Positions 18,758 through 28,509 of a stretch of 64,000 bases of DNA are shown here, piece after piece (within the stretch, counting starts at the first letter, position 1; each line of letters starts with the position of its first letter). The stretch is taken from NCBI GenBank assembly GCA_965203355.1, contig OZ241889.1:2816001-2880000 (forward strand). Reading direction: 5' to 3'. This DNA is from Candidatus Latescibacterota bacterium (GTDB lineage: Bacteria > Latescibacterota > UBA2968 > UBA8231). Under the pieces are notes generated by a model. That model saw only the letters and a program-made list of their open reading frames with translations. It was not told where the DNA came from and did not search any database. A program made the translations under genes and the position numbers.

Positions 18758-19837
18758 ATGGCTCTTTCCATCGGCATAATCGGCTTGCCCAATGTGGGCA
18801 AATCAACGCTCTTCAATGCGCTGACAGGAGATGGGGCTGAGGTATCTAATTACCTATTTTGCACAGTGGCCCCCAATATAGGTACTGTTGAAGTGCCGGA
18901 TTCGCGCTTGGAGCGGTTAAGCGAGGTCATTCAGCCGCAATCGACAACGCCTACGAGCCTCGGCTTTGTCGATATTGCCGGGCTGGTGCGGGGCGCAAAC
19001 CAAGGGGCCGGGTTGGGCAATCAATTCCTCTCCCACATCAGAGACGTCGATGCCCTAGTTCACGTGGTGCGCTGTTTTGACGACCCGCAAACAAGCCATG
19101 TAGATGGGGCGATTGACCCCTTCCGCGATATTGAGACTATTGAAACGGAGTTGCTGCTCGCTGATTTGGCGGTGATGGAAAAGGCCGTGCCCTATCTAGA
19201 CAAAGTGGTCCGCTCTGAGCCGCGTAGCACACGAGCACACGAGCTGGCGGCCTGCGTCAAGGTCTTAGCGGGATTGCAGCGTGGAATAGGCGCGATGGCG
19301 ATGGGGTTGACCCCAGCAGAAAGGGACGCGCTCACTACGTATAGCTTGCTGACGGCCAAACCAGTGCTTTATGCGGCCAACGTTGGAGAAGTAGAAGGGC
19401 CGTGGGTGAATCGGCTAGTCGAACGCTATGGAGAGGACCAAGTACGGGTCGTCTCGGCGCGATTCGAGGAGGAAATGGCCGGTTTGAGCCCAGAGGAGAG
19501 AGCGGAATTCGTCCGGGAATTGGGGCTGGAGCACAAGGGGATAGAGTCCCTAGTCCAGGCCGGGTACAAGCTGCTGGATCTGATTACCTTCTATACGCTC
19601 GCCAATGGCAAGCTACAGGCTTGGCAGTTGCCGCGCGGGGAAAAGGCACCTAAAGCGGCCGCGCGGATCCACACGGATATGGAGCAGGGGTTCATCCGCG
19701 CCGAGCTAGCCTCAGGTGAGCAGCTCATTACTATGGGGGGCTGGGCACCGCTGAAAGCAGCCGGACAACTGCGGAGCGAAGGCCGGGATTACATCGTCGC
19801 TGATGGGGATGTAATCACCTTTCTTTTTAAGACTTGA
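18758..19837 (+). CDS. ychF: Ribosome-binding ATPase YchF
   Basis: GIIGLPNVGKSTLFNALT, DIAGLVRGA..GLGNQFL, IHTD, EGRDYIVADGD. Confidence 0.95.
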   Translation: MALSIGIIGLPNVGKSTLFNALTGDGAEVSNYLFCTVAPNIGTVEVPDSRLERLSEVIQPQSTTPTSLGFVDIAGLVRGANQGAGLGNQFLSHIRDVDALVHVVRCFDDPQTSHVDGAIDPFRDIETIETELLLADLAVMEKAVPYLDKVVRSEPRSTRAHELAACVKVLAGLQRGIGAMAMGLTPAERDALTTYSLLTAKPVLYAANVGEVEGPWVNRLVERYGEDQVRVVSARFEEEMAGLSPEERAEFVRELGLEHKGIESLVQAGYKLLDLITFYTLANGKLQAWQLPRGEKAPKAAARIHTDMEQGFIRAELASGEQLITMGGWAPLKAAGQLRSEGRDYIVADGDVITFLFKT

Positions 19838-19875
19838 GGCCCAGAAGAATCGTCTGGCGGAACGCTTTTTGGGTT

Positions 19876-19904
19876 TTGACGGAAGGTACTAGGTCGCCTA
19901 TCTT
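19876..19904 (+). promoter_or_regulatory. Putative sigma70 promoter
   Basis: TTGACG-17 bp-TATCTT. Confidence 0.45.
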
Positions 19905-19964
19905 CTGCCGTCTAAACAAGATTGAAACTCGTGGCTAGGTGGCTATGGTCGAAGCGGCAGACGC

Positions 19965-20795
19965 ATGGTAATTTGGGCAAAAATCATCTTGGCAGTGACC
20001 CTACTGGGCTGGGCTGCATGGTATCTCGATCCGGTTGAGTTACTTGCGGCCCTGGGGCAGGTTGGGAGGAATAAAGTGCTCATTTGCGGAGTCATTGCCC
20101 TAGTGGGTATCGGCGTACAATGGATGAAATGGCAGCTATTGTTGCGCGATCAAATCCCGCAGACCAACGGGCGCGATGCGCTCTATTCGCTGCTGGGCGG
20201 TGCCGCCCTCGGCTTGGTGACACCGAGCCGTTTGGGCGAGTTGGGCCGCGGCATTTTCTTGGGCCGTAGCCGGGCCAAGGCCGCCTGGCTGACAGTCGTG
20301 GACAAGTTGAGTTCGGCCGCGGTCACGTTGGGTTTGGGGGCCGTAGCCGCCTGGATTTTATGGCCCCAGTTTAGGGGCTTTTTGCTGTTGCTGTTGTGTA
20401 TCCTCGGCGCACTGCTGTATTGGGGCTGGTGCCGCCGGAAAGCGAGCGGGCCCGTTGCATGGGGGGCTATCGCCGGGTTATCCGTCTTGTTTAACGTGGT
20501 ATTCATGGCGCAATTTTTCTATCTAGTCACCGCCAGTGTGGCTGTCAACTCAGCCGTTGTATTGGCGGTGCCAGTGATATTTGCTCTGAAAACGCTGCTG
20601 CCCTTGGGATTTTTGGATCTAGGAGTCCGCGAGGCCGCGGCCATTCTGGTGTTTAGCAGCTTGGGCTTAGAGCCGCAATCTGCTTTTGTGGCCAGTATCC
20701 TGATTTTTATCTGCAATGTGTGCTTGCCGGCTGGCTTGGGCTGGCTGTGGATTGGTGGCCGCCGATGGCGGATGATGGGAAAGGTCGCCTTATGA
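19965..20795 (+). CDS. Lysylphosphatidylglycerol synthase TM / flippase-like protein
   Basis: KWQLLL, TPSRLGELGR, DLGVREAA. Confidence 0.8.
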   Translation: MVIWAKIILAVTLLGWAAWYLDPVELLAALGQVGRNKVLICGVIALVGIGVQWMKWQLLLRDQIPQTNGRDALYSLLGGAALGLVTPSRLGELGRGIFLGRSRAKAAWLTVVDKLSSAAVTLGLGAVAAWILWPQFRGFLLLLLCILGALLYWGWCRRKASGPVAWGAIAGLSVLFNVVFMAQFFYLVTASVAVNSAVVLAVPVIFALKTLLPLGFLDLGVREAAAILVFSSLGLEPQSAFVASILIFICNVCLPAGLGWLWIGGRRWRMMGKVAL

Positions 20796-21514
20796 ATTCG
20801 GCGTATGCAATAAAAAAAGAAATATGCGAAGTAGGGCACAGAGTCTATCAGCGCGGATACGTAGCGGCCAACGACGGCAATATCAGCGTCCGCATAGAGG
20901 ACGACCTAGTGCTGTGTACGCCGACCGGAGTCAGCAAGGGCTATCTGAGTGCAGACATGCTAGCCACCTGCGATATGCAGGGCCAGCAAGTAGCGGGATC
21001 GCTGAAAATATCGTCGGAAATCCGCATGCACCTCGAAATCTACAAGTTGCGACCCGATGTCCGTGCCGTCGTCCACGCCCATCCGCCGACCGCGACCGGT
21101 TTTGCCGTCGCTGGCCTAGATCTGACTCAGTGCGTATTGCCCGAAGTTATCGTCAGTCTCGGGGGCATTCCACTCGCGGATTACGGCACGCCCGGTGGGC
21201 CCGATATCGTCGAACCGATGAAGCCGCTGTTGCGGCAATATGACGCTGTTCTAATGGCCAATCACGGAGTGGTAACCGTGGGCCAACACGTCATGGACGC
21301 CCATTTCAAGATGGAGACTGTCGAACACTTTGCCCAGATCGCCTTGGTGGCGCACCAACTCGGCCGGGTCCGCACACTGGCGGGCAAAGAGGTGGAAGAT
21401 CTCACGAATCTGAGAAAGCGCTTTGGAATTGGGGATCGGCCGTCCTGTGAGGTGGCCGGAGCAAGCGATCTAGTCGAGCGGATTACCGAGGAAGTTTTGC
21501 GCCAGCTACGCTAG
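20792..21514 (+). CDS. Class II aldolase/adducin (fuculose-phosphate aldolase-like) with C-terminal BMC encapsulation-like peptide
   Basis: DGNISVR, TPTG.SKG, SSE..MH, HAHPP, LMANHG; tail DLVERITEEVLRQLR. Confidence 0.85.
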   Translation: MNSAYAIKKEICEVGHRVYQRGYVAANDGNISVRIEDDLVLCTPTGVSKGYLSADMLATCDMQGQQVAGSLKISSEIRMHLEIYKLRPDVRAVVHAHPPTATGFAVAGLDLTQCVLPEVIVSLGGIPLADYGTPGGPDIVEPMKPLLRQYDAVLMANHGVVTVGQHVMDAHFKMETVEHFAQIALVAHQLGRVRTLAGKEVEDLTNLRKRFGIGDRPSCEVAGASDLVERITEEVLRQLR

Positions 21515-21525
21515 CTTCGTACGCG

Positions 21526-22536
21526 ATGCGAGGGAGTATGAGGTTTATAGGACTAATCGCCGCGGTAATCGGGATCGTAGCTCCGGCCAGTGGCCAAGCC
21601 ATTGTCGAGGCGGTCCAGCGCGGCGATTCCCTGTTGACGCAGGGTCAACCTAAGCAGGCGTTAGCCGAATACGAAAAGGCGCGTGTATTAGGGGCTGGCA
21701 GCGCGATATTTCTCTATCGCTTAGCCAACCTTTACATGCAGACCGGCGGCTATCGTCAGGCGGCTGAATCGCTGCAAAAATCGCTCGCTGAAGACCCTAG
21801 GCAGCTTCCCGTATATTCGGCGTTAGGGGAGGCTTTTTTGGCCATGGGCCAGCTAGATTCGTCCATTTTTTACGTCGAACAAGCAAGTATTCTGGCCCCG
21901 TCCTCAACTCAAGTCCACAGTACCCTTGGTGATCTCTACATGCAGGCTGGTCAGAGCGAAAGGGCGCGAGAACGCCTCGAGCGGGCCTTGGCACTAGATG
22001 CCAAAAACGCCGAAGCCTATCGCTTATATGGATATTACTACGCGGAAAAGGACTCGATAGATCAAGCTATCGAACACTTTCAAAAATTGGCGGAGTTGGC
22101 GCCGGACCAGATCGAAGCCTACAATAACATCGCCTTTCTCCTCGCCGGTGCCGGACGCTATGCCGAAGCACTTGAGTACTACAAACGAGCTGAAGATCTG
22201 GCGCAGGATCCCTATCTGGCCCAAGCAATTACGGCCAAAATCGAAGAGATACAGGCGCGGCTGGCCGGTGAGATGCGGGCACGCTACATATTGGTCAAAA
22301 CAGAAGCATCCGCACGCGGAATCCTCGCAAAGATGGCTCGAGGAGCCGATTTTTCCCAATTAGCGCAGCAGCTTTCCATTGCACCTAACGCCAATCAAGG
22401 CGGGGATTTGGGGTTTTTTGGGCCGGGTGAACTCAGGCCCGAAATTGAAGAAGTCGTAGTGAGACTGAAAGTTGGGGAACTAAGCCCGGTCGTGGAATTG
22501 CCCATAGGATACATTGTAGTACAGAGATTGAACTAA
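21526..22536 (+). CDS. Exported TPR protein with C-terminal parvulin (PpiC) PPIase domain
   Basis: Signal peptide, TPR repeats, ARYILV..F..LA..S..GGDLGFF. Confidence 0.85.
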   Translation: MRGSMRFIGLIAAVIGIVAPASGQAIVEAVQRGDSLLTQGQPKQALAEYEKARVLGAGSAIFLYRLANLYMQTGGYRQAAESLQKSLAEDPRQLPVYSALGEAFLAMGQLDSSIFYVEQASILAPSSTQVHSTLGDLYMQAGQSERARERLERALALDAKNAEAYRLYGYYYAEKDSIDQAIEHFQKLAELAPDQIEAYNNIAFLLAGAGRYAEALEYYKRAEDLAQDPYLAQAITAKIEEIQARLAGEMRARYILVKTEASARGILAKMARGADFSQLAQQLSIAPNANQGGDLGFFGPGELRPEIEEVVVRLKVGELSPVVELPIGYIVVQRLN

Positions 22537-22617
22537 AATAAGTCGCGGCCAGGGCACCCTTGGATGCACCTGACCGCTGAGGGAGGGATACGAACCATAA
22601 CCAGAATGGCTCGCATA
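22535..22617 (-). ncRNA. Candidate ECF-dependent sRNA
   Basis: Minus-strand GGAAC-N16-CGTT promoter (22647-22623), CCCTCCCTC segment, G.U-containing hairpin 22577-22545 and U tract; ends approximate. Confidence 0.45.
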
Positions 22618-22767
22618 GCTTAAACGCCCTAAGAAGATAGAGGTTCCACGTTAGTGCTATTTTTTTGCATTTTCAATACGCGACGACGAGCCAGCCGAAA
22701 ACAAGGACGAAATAAATGCCCCTTTTGGCTGAACAAGCCCTGATTCACCCCAACGGAGCGAGTTGGC

Positions 22768-24132
22768 ATGCCCTATTACTATGATGCCTGGTTCCAGTGT
22801 CTCAATTGCGACGACGAGTACTACCGGCTAAACGAAATAGTCTATCACTGTCAAAGGTGTGGGGGGCTGCTCGAAGTACGCCACAACATGGAAGCCTTAC
22901 AGCGGCGCTCGGGCGGCGAGTGGCGGACGCTATTTGATCAGCGCTACATGAGTTCGGTGCATCCGTATGGGAGTTCGGTTTGGGGAAAAAAAGAGATCGT
23001 TTGCCCCCTCGTCGAAGACGAAAACGTGGTCTCTATGTACGAAGGGGGAAGCAATCTGCTTTGGGCCGAGCGCTTGGGGGCCGAACTGGGCATGGAAGAT
23101 CTGTGGATAAAGCAATGCGGCAATAGCCACACGGGTTCGTTTAAGGATTTGGGTATGACCGTATTGGTTTCCATGGTCAACCAGATGATTGCCGAGGGCC
23201 AGTCTATACCGGCAATAGCCTGTGCTTCAACCGGGGACACCTCGGCGGCACTGGCCGCGTATTGCGCGGCTGCCGGCATTCCGGCAATCGTGTTGTTGCC
23301 CAAAGACATGGTCTCTACCGCCCAACTCATTCAGCCCATAGCCAATGGTGCGTTGACGCTCGCTCTGCGCACCGATTTCGACGGGTGCATGGCCTTAGTG
23401 CAGGAAATCTGTCGCCGCGACCAAATCTATCTGGCCAACTCGATGAACTCACTCCGCATTGAGGGGCAGAAGACCATCGCGATAGAGCTGTTACAGCAAT
23501 TTCACTGGGAGGTTCCCGACTGGGTCGTTATTCCGGGCGGCAATCTGGGCAATGTCAGTGCCTTGGGGAAGGGGTTTATCGAGGCCAAGCAAATGGGGCT
23601 TATCAACAAACTGCCGCGCCTTGCCGTCGCCCAATCCGCTCAGGCCAATCCGCTCTATCTCAGTTATCTGGACAGGTTCCGCACCTTTGAGCCCCAAACG
23701 GCCCGCGATACCTTGGCCAGTGCCATCAAGATCGGCAATCCCGTAAGCCGGGAGCGGGCCATTCGCACCTTGCAGTCGTTTGACGGCATCGTCGAAGAAG
23801 CCACGGAAGACGAGTTGGCCAATGCCTGTGCCAGGGCCGATCGCAATGGGCTGTTCACCTGTCCGCACACAGGCGTCGCCTTAGCCGCACTAGAGAAAAT
23901 GATCGCAGCCGGGCAAATCGAATCCGAGAGCCGGGTGATCGTAATCTCCACGGCGCACGGGCTGAAGTTTCCAGATTTCAAGGTGAAATACCACGAAGAC
24001 CAATTGCGGGAATTTCACGTCGAGCCGAAACATCGCAATAGGCCCATCGAGATCGAAGCCGAATACGAAGCCGTGCGACGGGCTGTCCTCGAAGCCATAG
24101 AGCAGCGGCCGCTGGCTACGGCCCTCCACTGA
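22768..24132 (+). CDS. thrC: Threonine synthase (plant-like subtype)
   Basis: [39 protein letters not shown]. Confidence 0.95.
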   Translation: MPYYYDAWFQCLNCDDEYYRLNEIVYHCQRCGGLLEVRHNMEALQRRSGGEWRTLFDQRYMSSVHPYGSSVWGKKEIVCPLVEDENVVSMYEGGSNLLWAERLGAELGMEDLWIKQCGNSHTGSFKDLGMTVLVSMVNQMIAEGQSIPAIACASTGDTSAALAAYCAAAGIPAIVLLPKDMVSTAQLIQPIANGALTLALRTDFDGCMALVQEICRRDQIYLANSMNSLRIEGQKTIAIELLQQFHWEVPDWVVIPGGNLGNVSALGKGFIEAKQMGLINKLPRLAVAQSAQANPLYLSYLDRFRTFEPQTARDTLASAIKIGNPVSRERAIRTLQSFDGIVEEATEDELANACARADRNGLFTCPHTGVALAALEKMIAAGQIESESRVIVISTAHGLKFPDFKVKYHEDQLREFHVEPKHRNRPIEIEAEYEAVRRAVLEAIEQRPLATALH

Positions 24133-24144
24133 AAGAGCAATAGA

Positions 24145-25326
24145 ATGAGCCACGATGATTTTGCCGGAGAATCGACCCGTTCGGTACACGGAGGGGTGGA
24201 ACGGGATAAGTTTGCCCAGTCCCTCATAGATCCGATCGCCCAGACAGCTACCTATACCTTTGCCGATCTAGATGAATTTGCCGCCTTTAAGGCCGGCGGA
24301 AAATCGCTCTACGAATACGGGCGCTATGGCAATCCGACCCAGCGGGCGGCCGAGCGTCGAATAGCCGCTTTAGAAAACGCCGAAACCGCTTTACTCTTTC
24401 CGTCGGGCATGAGCGCGATTACCTCGGTGCTCTATGCAATGCTGCGCAGCGGGCAGCACTTGGTGCTGATGGAAGATTGCTATCGCATGACGGCCAAGTT
24501 CTGCGGAGTCTTGGCCAAATTCGGGATTGAATCGACCGTAGTTAAGCCCGGTAACATGGATGCGTTGGCGGCTGCGGTGCGCCCGGCGACTCGCTTGATC
24601 TTTACCGAGTCGCCGACCAACCCCCATTTGCACGTCCTCGATTTGGAACAACTCGTCGCTTTTGCCAAACAGCATCGTCTCAAGGTTATCATCGACAGCA
24701 CCTTGGCCACGCCGGTCAATCAGCGGCCGCTCGATTTTGGGGTTGATTTGGTCATCCACAGTGCCACCAAATACCTCGGTGGGCACAACGATCTGATGGC
24801 GGGTGCCATCTGCGGCAAGGCTCCTTTAGTCGAGGCGATTGGCGAATACCAACGGATATCGGGTGGGATCGTCGATCCCAACACCTCATTCTTGTTGATC
24901 CGAGGGCTGAAGACGCTGGCATTACGCGTTCTGCGGCAAAACGATACAGCCTTGACAGTAGCTCGGTTTCTAGAATCTCATCCCAAGATTCGCGCCGTCT
25001 TTTACCCGGGCCTCGAAAGCCACGTTGATCACCGCGTCGCCAAAGAGCAAATGCGCGGTTTTGGCGGATTGATCAGCTTTGAAATCGACGGCACCCCCGA
25101 GCAGACGCGGAATTTCGTCCATCGGCTAGCCCTGCCTTATATCGCACCGAGCTTGGGTGGGGTGGAGACGCTGGTCTCGCATCCAGCGACTGTTTCCTAT
25201 TACGATTTAAGCCGGAAGGAGCGGCTGGCTATTGGTATCACCGACCAATTGGTGCGCTATGCCGTGGGCATTGAGGACGCCGATGAGCTAATCGGCGATA
25301 TAGAGAGGGCGCTTGCAGAGGTCTAA
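24145..25326 (+). CDS. metB: Cystathionine gamma-synthase (plant-like)
   Basis: YEYGRYGNPT, ESPTNP, HSATKYLGGHND, PYIAPSLGG. Confidence 0.85.
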   Translation: MSHDDFAGESTRSVHGGVERDKFAQSLIDPIAQTATYTFADLDEFAAFKAGGKSLYEYGRYGNPTQRAAERRIAALENAETALLFPSGMSAITSVLYAMLRSGQHLVLMEDCYRMTAKFCGVLAKFGIESTVVKPGNMDALAAAVRPATRLIFTESPTNPHLHVLDLEQLVAFAKQHRLKVIIDSTLATPVNQRPLDFGVDLVIHSATKYLGGHNDLMAGAICGKAPLVEAIGEYQRISGGIVDPNTSFLLIRGLKTLALRVLRQNDTALTVARFLESHPKIRAVFYPGLESHVDHRVAKEQMRGFGGLISFEIDGTPEQTRNFVHRLALPYIAPSLGGVETLVSHPATVSYYDLSRKERLAIGITDQLVRYAVGIEDADELIGDIERALAEV

Positions 25327-25330
25327 GCAG

Positions 25331-25759
25331 TCAGAAGTTCAAGTCGGCCAAAAGCACGGTCCAAGGAAGGGAAGCGACTTTGCGGTACAAGTCCCTGTCG
25401 CTGGTCACGGCTTGGCAGCGCAGATGGGCGCCTAAGGCAATGAAGCCAGCGGCGTACATGCTGATGGAATGCTCAAAGGCGATTTGTGTGGCTTTGCGGG
25501 TAATCTCGGCATTGTAGGGCACAATATCCAAGTGCATGTACTCCAAGCTGGCCAAGGCATCGTCGATATGGGTGCGGTCGAATTGACGGCTTTCTTTGAG
25601 GACATGGGCTAGTTCGTATATAGATTGATCGAGCACGGTCAGCCCTATTCTTTCCGCTAGCTGCTCTTGGCGAAGGCCAAGTGCCCTGTGGGTATCCACA
25701 TCCTGCGCTGGAGAAAACCACCTCAGCATAATGGAGGTATCTAGCGCGTAGCGAATCAC
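25331..25759 (-). CDS. vapC: PIN-domain VapC-like toxin
   Basis: ALDTS, YELAHVL, VTSD. Confidence 0.85.
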   Translation of the reverse strand: MIRYALDTSIMLRWFSPAQDVDTHRALGLRQEQLAERIGLTVLDQSIYELAHVLKESRQFDRTHIDDALASLEYMHLDIVPYNAEITRKATQIAFEHSISMYAAGFIALGAHLRCQAVTSDRDLYRKVASLPWTVLLADLNF

Positions 25760-26013
25760 CGCGCTTTCCTTTCCGCACGTAGGATCTTAAGAGGCTCCCA
25801 AGGCAGTGCCTTTTCGCGCAAGCTGTCTTGGAGGGCCATTCCGTGTTCAATAGCGGCCTGTTTTCGCTGGTACTCATAGGTTGCTTCTCGTTGCTGGCAG
25901 TACGCCATAAAAGCTAGGCGCAGGAGTTTGCTGCGGCTGACGCCTTCCTGCTGCGCAACTTGATCGATGCGTTTGAGCAGATCGTCCGGCAGCATGATAT
26001 TTACGCGCGCCAT
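25756..26013 (-). CDS. Ribbon-helix-helix (CopG) antitoxin
   Basis: RVNIMLPDDLLKRID..SRSKLLR; 4-nt overlap with PIN gene. Confidence 0.85.
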   Translation of the reverse strand: MARVNIMLPDDLLKRIDQVAQQEGVSRSKLLRLAFMAYCQQREATYEYQRKQAAIEHGMALQDSLREKALPWEPLKILRAERKAR

Positions 26014-26140
26014 AAGCCCCTTTCCTTTTATCTGACAAGCGACGCGAAGTTGCCAAATTAGCCTTGCCCCAATCGGCTGTCAAGACGGTCCTCTTGCCTT
26101 AGTTTGGGCCGGTCTTTAATGTTACAATTGGGATTAGAGC

Positions 26141-27091
26141 ATGAAAAATCATCTGAAAATATTGTCGGGTTCCAGCAATCCACAGCTAGCCCAAGAAATA
26201 TGTGATTACTTAGACATCGCGCCCGCGCGCCGCCAGATCGTCCGGGCACCAAACGACAATATAAAGGTTAAAATCGAGGAGAACGTGCGCGAAGATGACG
26301 TCTTCGTCGTCCAGACCTCATCATCTCCAGTCAATCATCATTTTGTTGAGTTGCTGTTGCTAATTGACGCGCTCAAATACGCGTCGTCGCGCCGAATCAC
26401 GGCGGTGTTGCCCTATTATCCGTATGTGCGCTCCGACAAAAAGGACGAACCGCGCATTTCCATTAGCGCCCGTCTCGTCGCCGACTTGCTCCAAGCCGCC
26501 GGGGCCGACCGGATCTTGACCATTGCCTTGCACAGTCCGCAAATCGCAGCGTTCTCGCGCATTCCGGTGGACCAATTGTGGGCGACAAGCCTCCTGTGCC
26601 ATTTTATGCGGCTGAAGGGCCTCGGTAACGCCGTGGTGGTGTCGCCCGACGTGGGCAGTGCCGATGAAGCTAGCGCGTACGCGCGCCGGCTAGGTTTGCC
26701 GTTGGCCATTATGGACAAACGCCGCCACGCGGACGACGAAAAAGCCGAGATTAAAAGCATGATAGGCGAGGTCGCCGGTCGCGATGCCTTGCTTTTTGAC
26801 GACGAGGTGCTGACCGGGGGCTCCATGATGCAGTCGATCGAGGTGCTCAAAGAAAGGGGAGCACACCGCATACTGGCGGGCTGTACGCACGGCGTTTTTT
26901 CCGGACAGGCCTTAGCGAGAATAGACGCCTCACCCGTAGAATTATTCGCCACTACGAATACCATTCCCTTGCCTGCGGACAAGCCAAGGCGCAAAATCGC
27001 CGTGCTGAGCGTCGCTCGGTTGTTGGGGGATGCAATCAAAGCCATTCACCATGGCGAGTCAGTGAGCCGCTTGATTGAATGGGGGGACTAA
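26141..27091 (+). CDS. prs: Ribose-phosphate pyrophosphokinase, paralogue 1
   Basis: ENVR..DVF, RITAVLPYYPY.R, SPD, DKRR, THG. Confidence 0.9.
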   Translation: MKNHLKILSGSSNPQLAQEICDYLDIAPARRQIVRAPNDNIKVKIEENVREDDVFVVQTSSSPVNHHFVELLLLIDALKYASSRRITAVLPYYPYVRSDKKDEPRISISARLVADLLQAAGADRILTIALHSPQIAAFSRIPVDQLWATSLLCHFMRLKGLGNAVVVSPDVGSADEASAYARRLGLPLAIMDKRRHADDEKAEIKSMIGEVAGRDALLFDDEVLTGGSMMQSIEVLKERGAHRILAGCTHGVFSGQALARIDASPVELFATTNTIPLPADKPRRKIAVLSVARLLGDAIKAIHHGESVSRLIEWGD

Positions 27092-27094
27092 TTG

Positions 27095-27256
27095 ATGGCC
27101 AGCAAATTGAGTATATTAGCTGAGTTATGGGATTTTATGAAGGTGCGTAAAAAGTGGTGGTTGGGGCCGATATTTTTCACTTTGATTCTGTTGGGATTGT
27201 TAATAGTCTCGACCCAAGGGTCGGCTGTGGCTCCCTTTATTTACGCGCTGTTTTAA
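27095..27256 (+). CDS. DUF5989 (SxtK-like) small membrane protein, 53 aa
   Basis: ELWDFMKVRKKWWLGP..GSAVAPFIYALF; not in the ORF track. Confidence 0.85.
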   Translation: MASKLSILAELWDFMKVRKKWWLGPIFFTLILLGLLIVSTQGSAVAPFIYALF

Positions 27257-27282
27257 GTTCTATAACCTATAATATGTAAAAT
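27255..27282 (+). other. dif-like Xer site B
   Basis: AAGTTCTATAA-CCTATA-ATATGTAAAAT. Confidence 0.65.
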
Positions 27283-27793
27283 GAAAATAAAAAGCCTAAT
27301 CCGAGAAATCCCCAATTTCCCGCAAGACGGCGTCTCCTACAAAGACATCACGCCGCTGCTCAAAGACCCCGCTGGTTTATCCGCTGCGGTCCAAGCGATG
27401 CTCGGCCCCTTTGTGGACGCCGAAGTGGACCTAGTCGTCGGCATAGAGGCCCGCGGATTCGTATTCGCGGCGCCTATGGCACTCGAATTGGGCTGCGGTT
27501 TTGTGCCGGTGCGCAAAGTAGGTAAGCTGCCGGCGGCTACGCTGAGTCGCGATTACGCCCGCGAATACGGCGCGGCGACCTTAGAAATCCACACTGATGC
27601 CCTCGCATCGGGGCAAAAGGTGTTGGTTGTGGATGACGTTTTGGCCACCGGCGGGACCTTGGCGACGACGTGTCAAGTACTCAAAGAACTAGGAGCGGTT
27701 GTCGCGGGTATCAGCGTTTTGGCCGAGTTGAGCTTTCTGTCGGGCCGCGACCGCTTGGCTGGGTACAAATTGGAAAGCACTATCGTCTATTGA
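27281..27793 (+). CDS. apt: Adenine phosphoribosyltransferase
   Basis: FP..G..YKDITPLL, GIEARGF, RK.GKLP, VDDVLATGGT. Confidence 0.95.
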   Translation: MKIKSLIREIPNFPQDGVSYKDITPLLKDPAGLSAAVQAMLGPFVDAEVDLVVGIEARGFVFAAPMALELGCGFVPVRKVGKLPAATLSRDYAREYGAATLEIHTDALASGQKVLVVDDVLATGGTLATTCQVLKELGAVVAGISVLAELSFLSGRDRLAGYKLESTIVY

Positions 27794-27829
27794 AACCCGA
27801 ACCTAAAACAATGGAGACACTATACTTTC

Positions 27830-28498
27830 ATGTCGAGTGAACGCCGTAAACTGAGCAAGAGCGAACTCCGCGAAGATGAGTTCGTCGAAAGGATCATGGA
27901 AGCGGTCGAATACGTCAAAGAACACGCCCGGCTGTTTGTCTATGGGGCTGTTGCCGCGATCGCGGTCATTGTGGCCATCCATTATTTTATCGAATCCAAG
28001 GAGGCCGATCGGCTCAAAGCGGCCGCCCTGCTCGGCGATGTGCTGATGGTCGAACAGGGCGGCGAGCTGACCGAAGCGATCGGCCTAGCCGAAGAGTTGG
28101 TTTCCTCCTACGCCGGGACCCCGGCCGCAGCCCAAGGGACCGTGCTCTTGGCCAATCTTCACTACGCGCAGGGCCGTTATGTTGAGGCTCGGGGCTATTA
28201 CCAAAGCTATTTGGACAACTACGATCCTTTGGATGTGTTAGCCTATGCAGCCCAAAGCGGCCTAGGGGCCTGCCTCGAAGCCGAAGGGCAGCTTGCGGCT
28301 GCGGCTCAGCACTACGAAACCTATGCAGCCGCGCAAGCCGGGACCATCCGCGAGGCCATGGCGCGGATGGAAGCAGCCCGCATATATGGGTTGGCCGGCG
28401 AAAGCGGCAAGCAACAGGCCCTACTCGAACAGGTCAGTCGCACGTTCGCCCAGTACCCAATTGCCGCGCAAGCCCGAGCGGCACTAGCCCTGTTCTAA
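27830..28498 (+). CDS. Membrane-anchored TPR protein (YfgM-like)
   Basis: ELREDEF, single TM, TPR helices. Confidence 0.75.
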   Translation: MSSERRKLSKSELREDEFVERIMEAVEYVKEHARLFVYGAVAAIAVIVAIHYFIESKEADRLKAAALLGDVLMVEQGGELTEAIGLAEELVSSYAGTPAAAQGTVLLANLHYAQGRYVEARGYYQSYLDNYDPLDVLAYAAQSGLGACLEAEGQLAAAAQHYETYAAAQAGTIREAMARMEAARIYGLAGESGKQQALLEQVSRTFAQYPIAAQARAALALF

Positions 28499-28509
28499 AG
28501 GAGTTGTTG

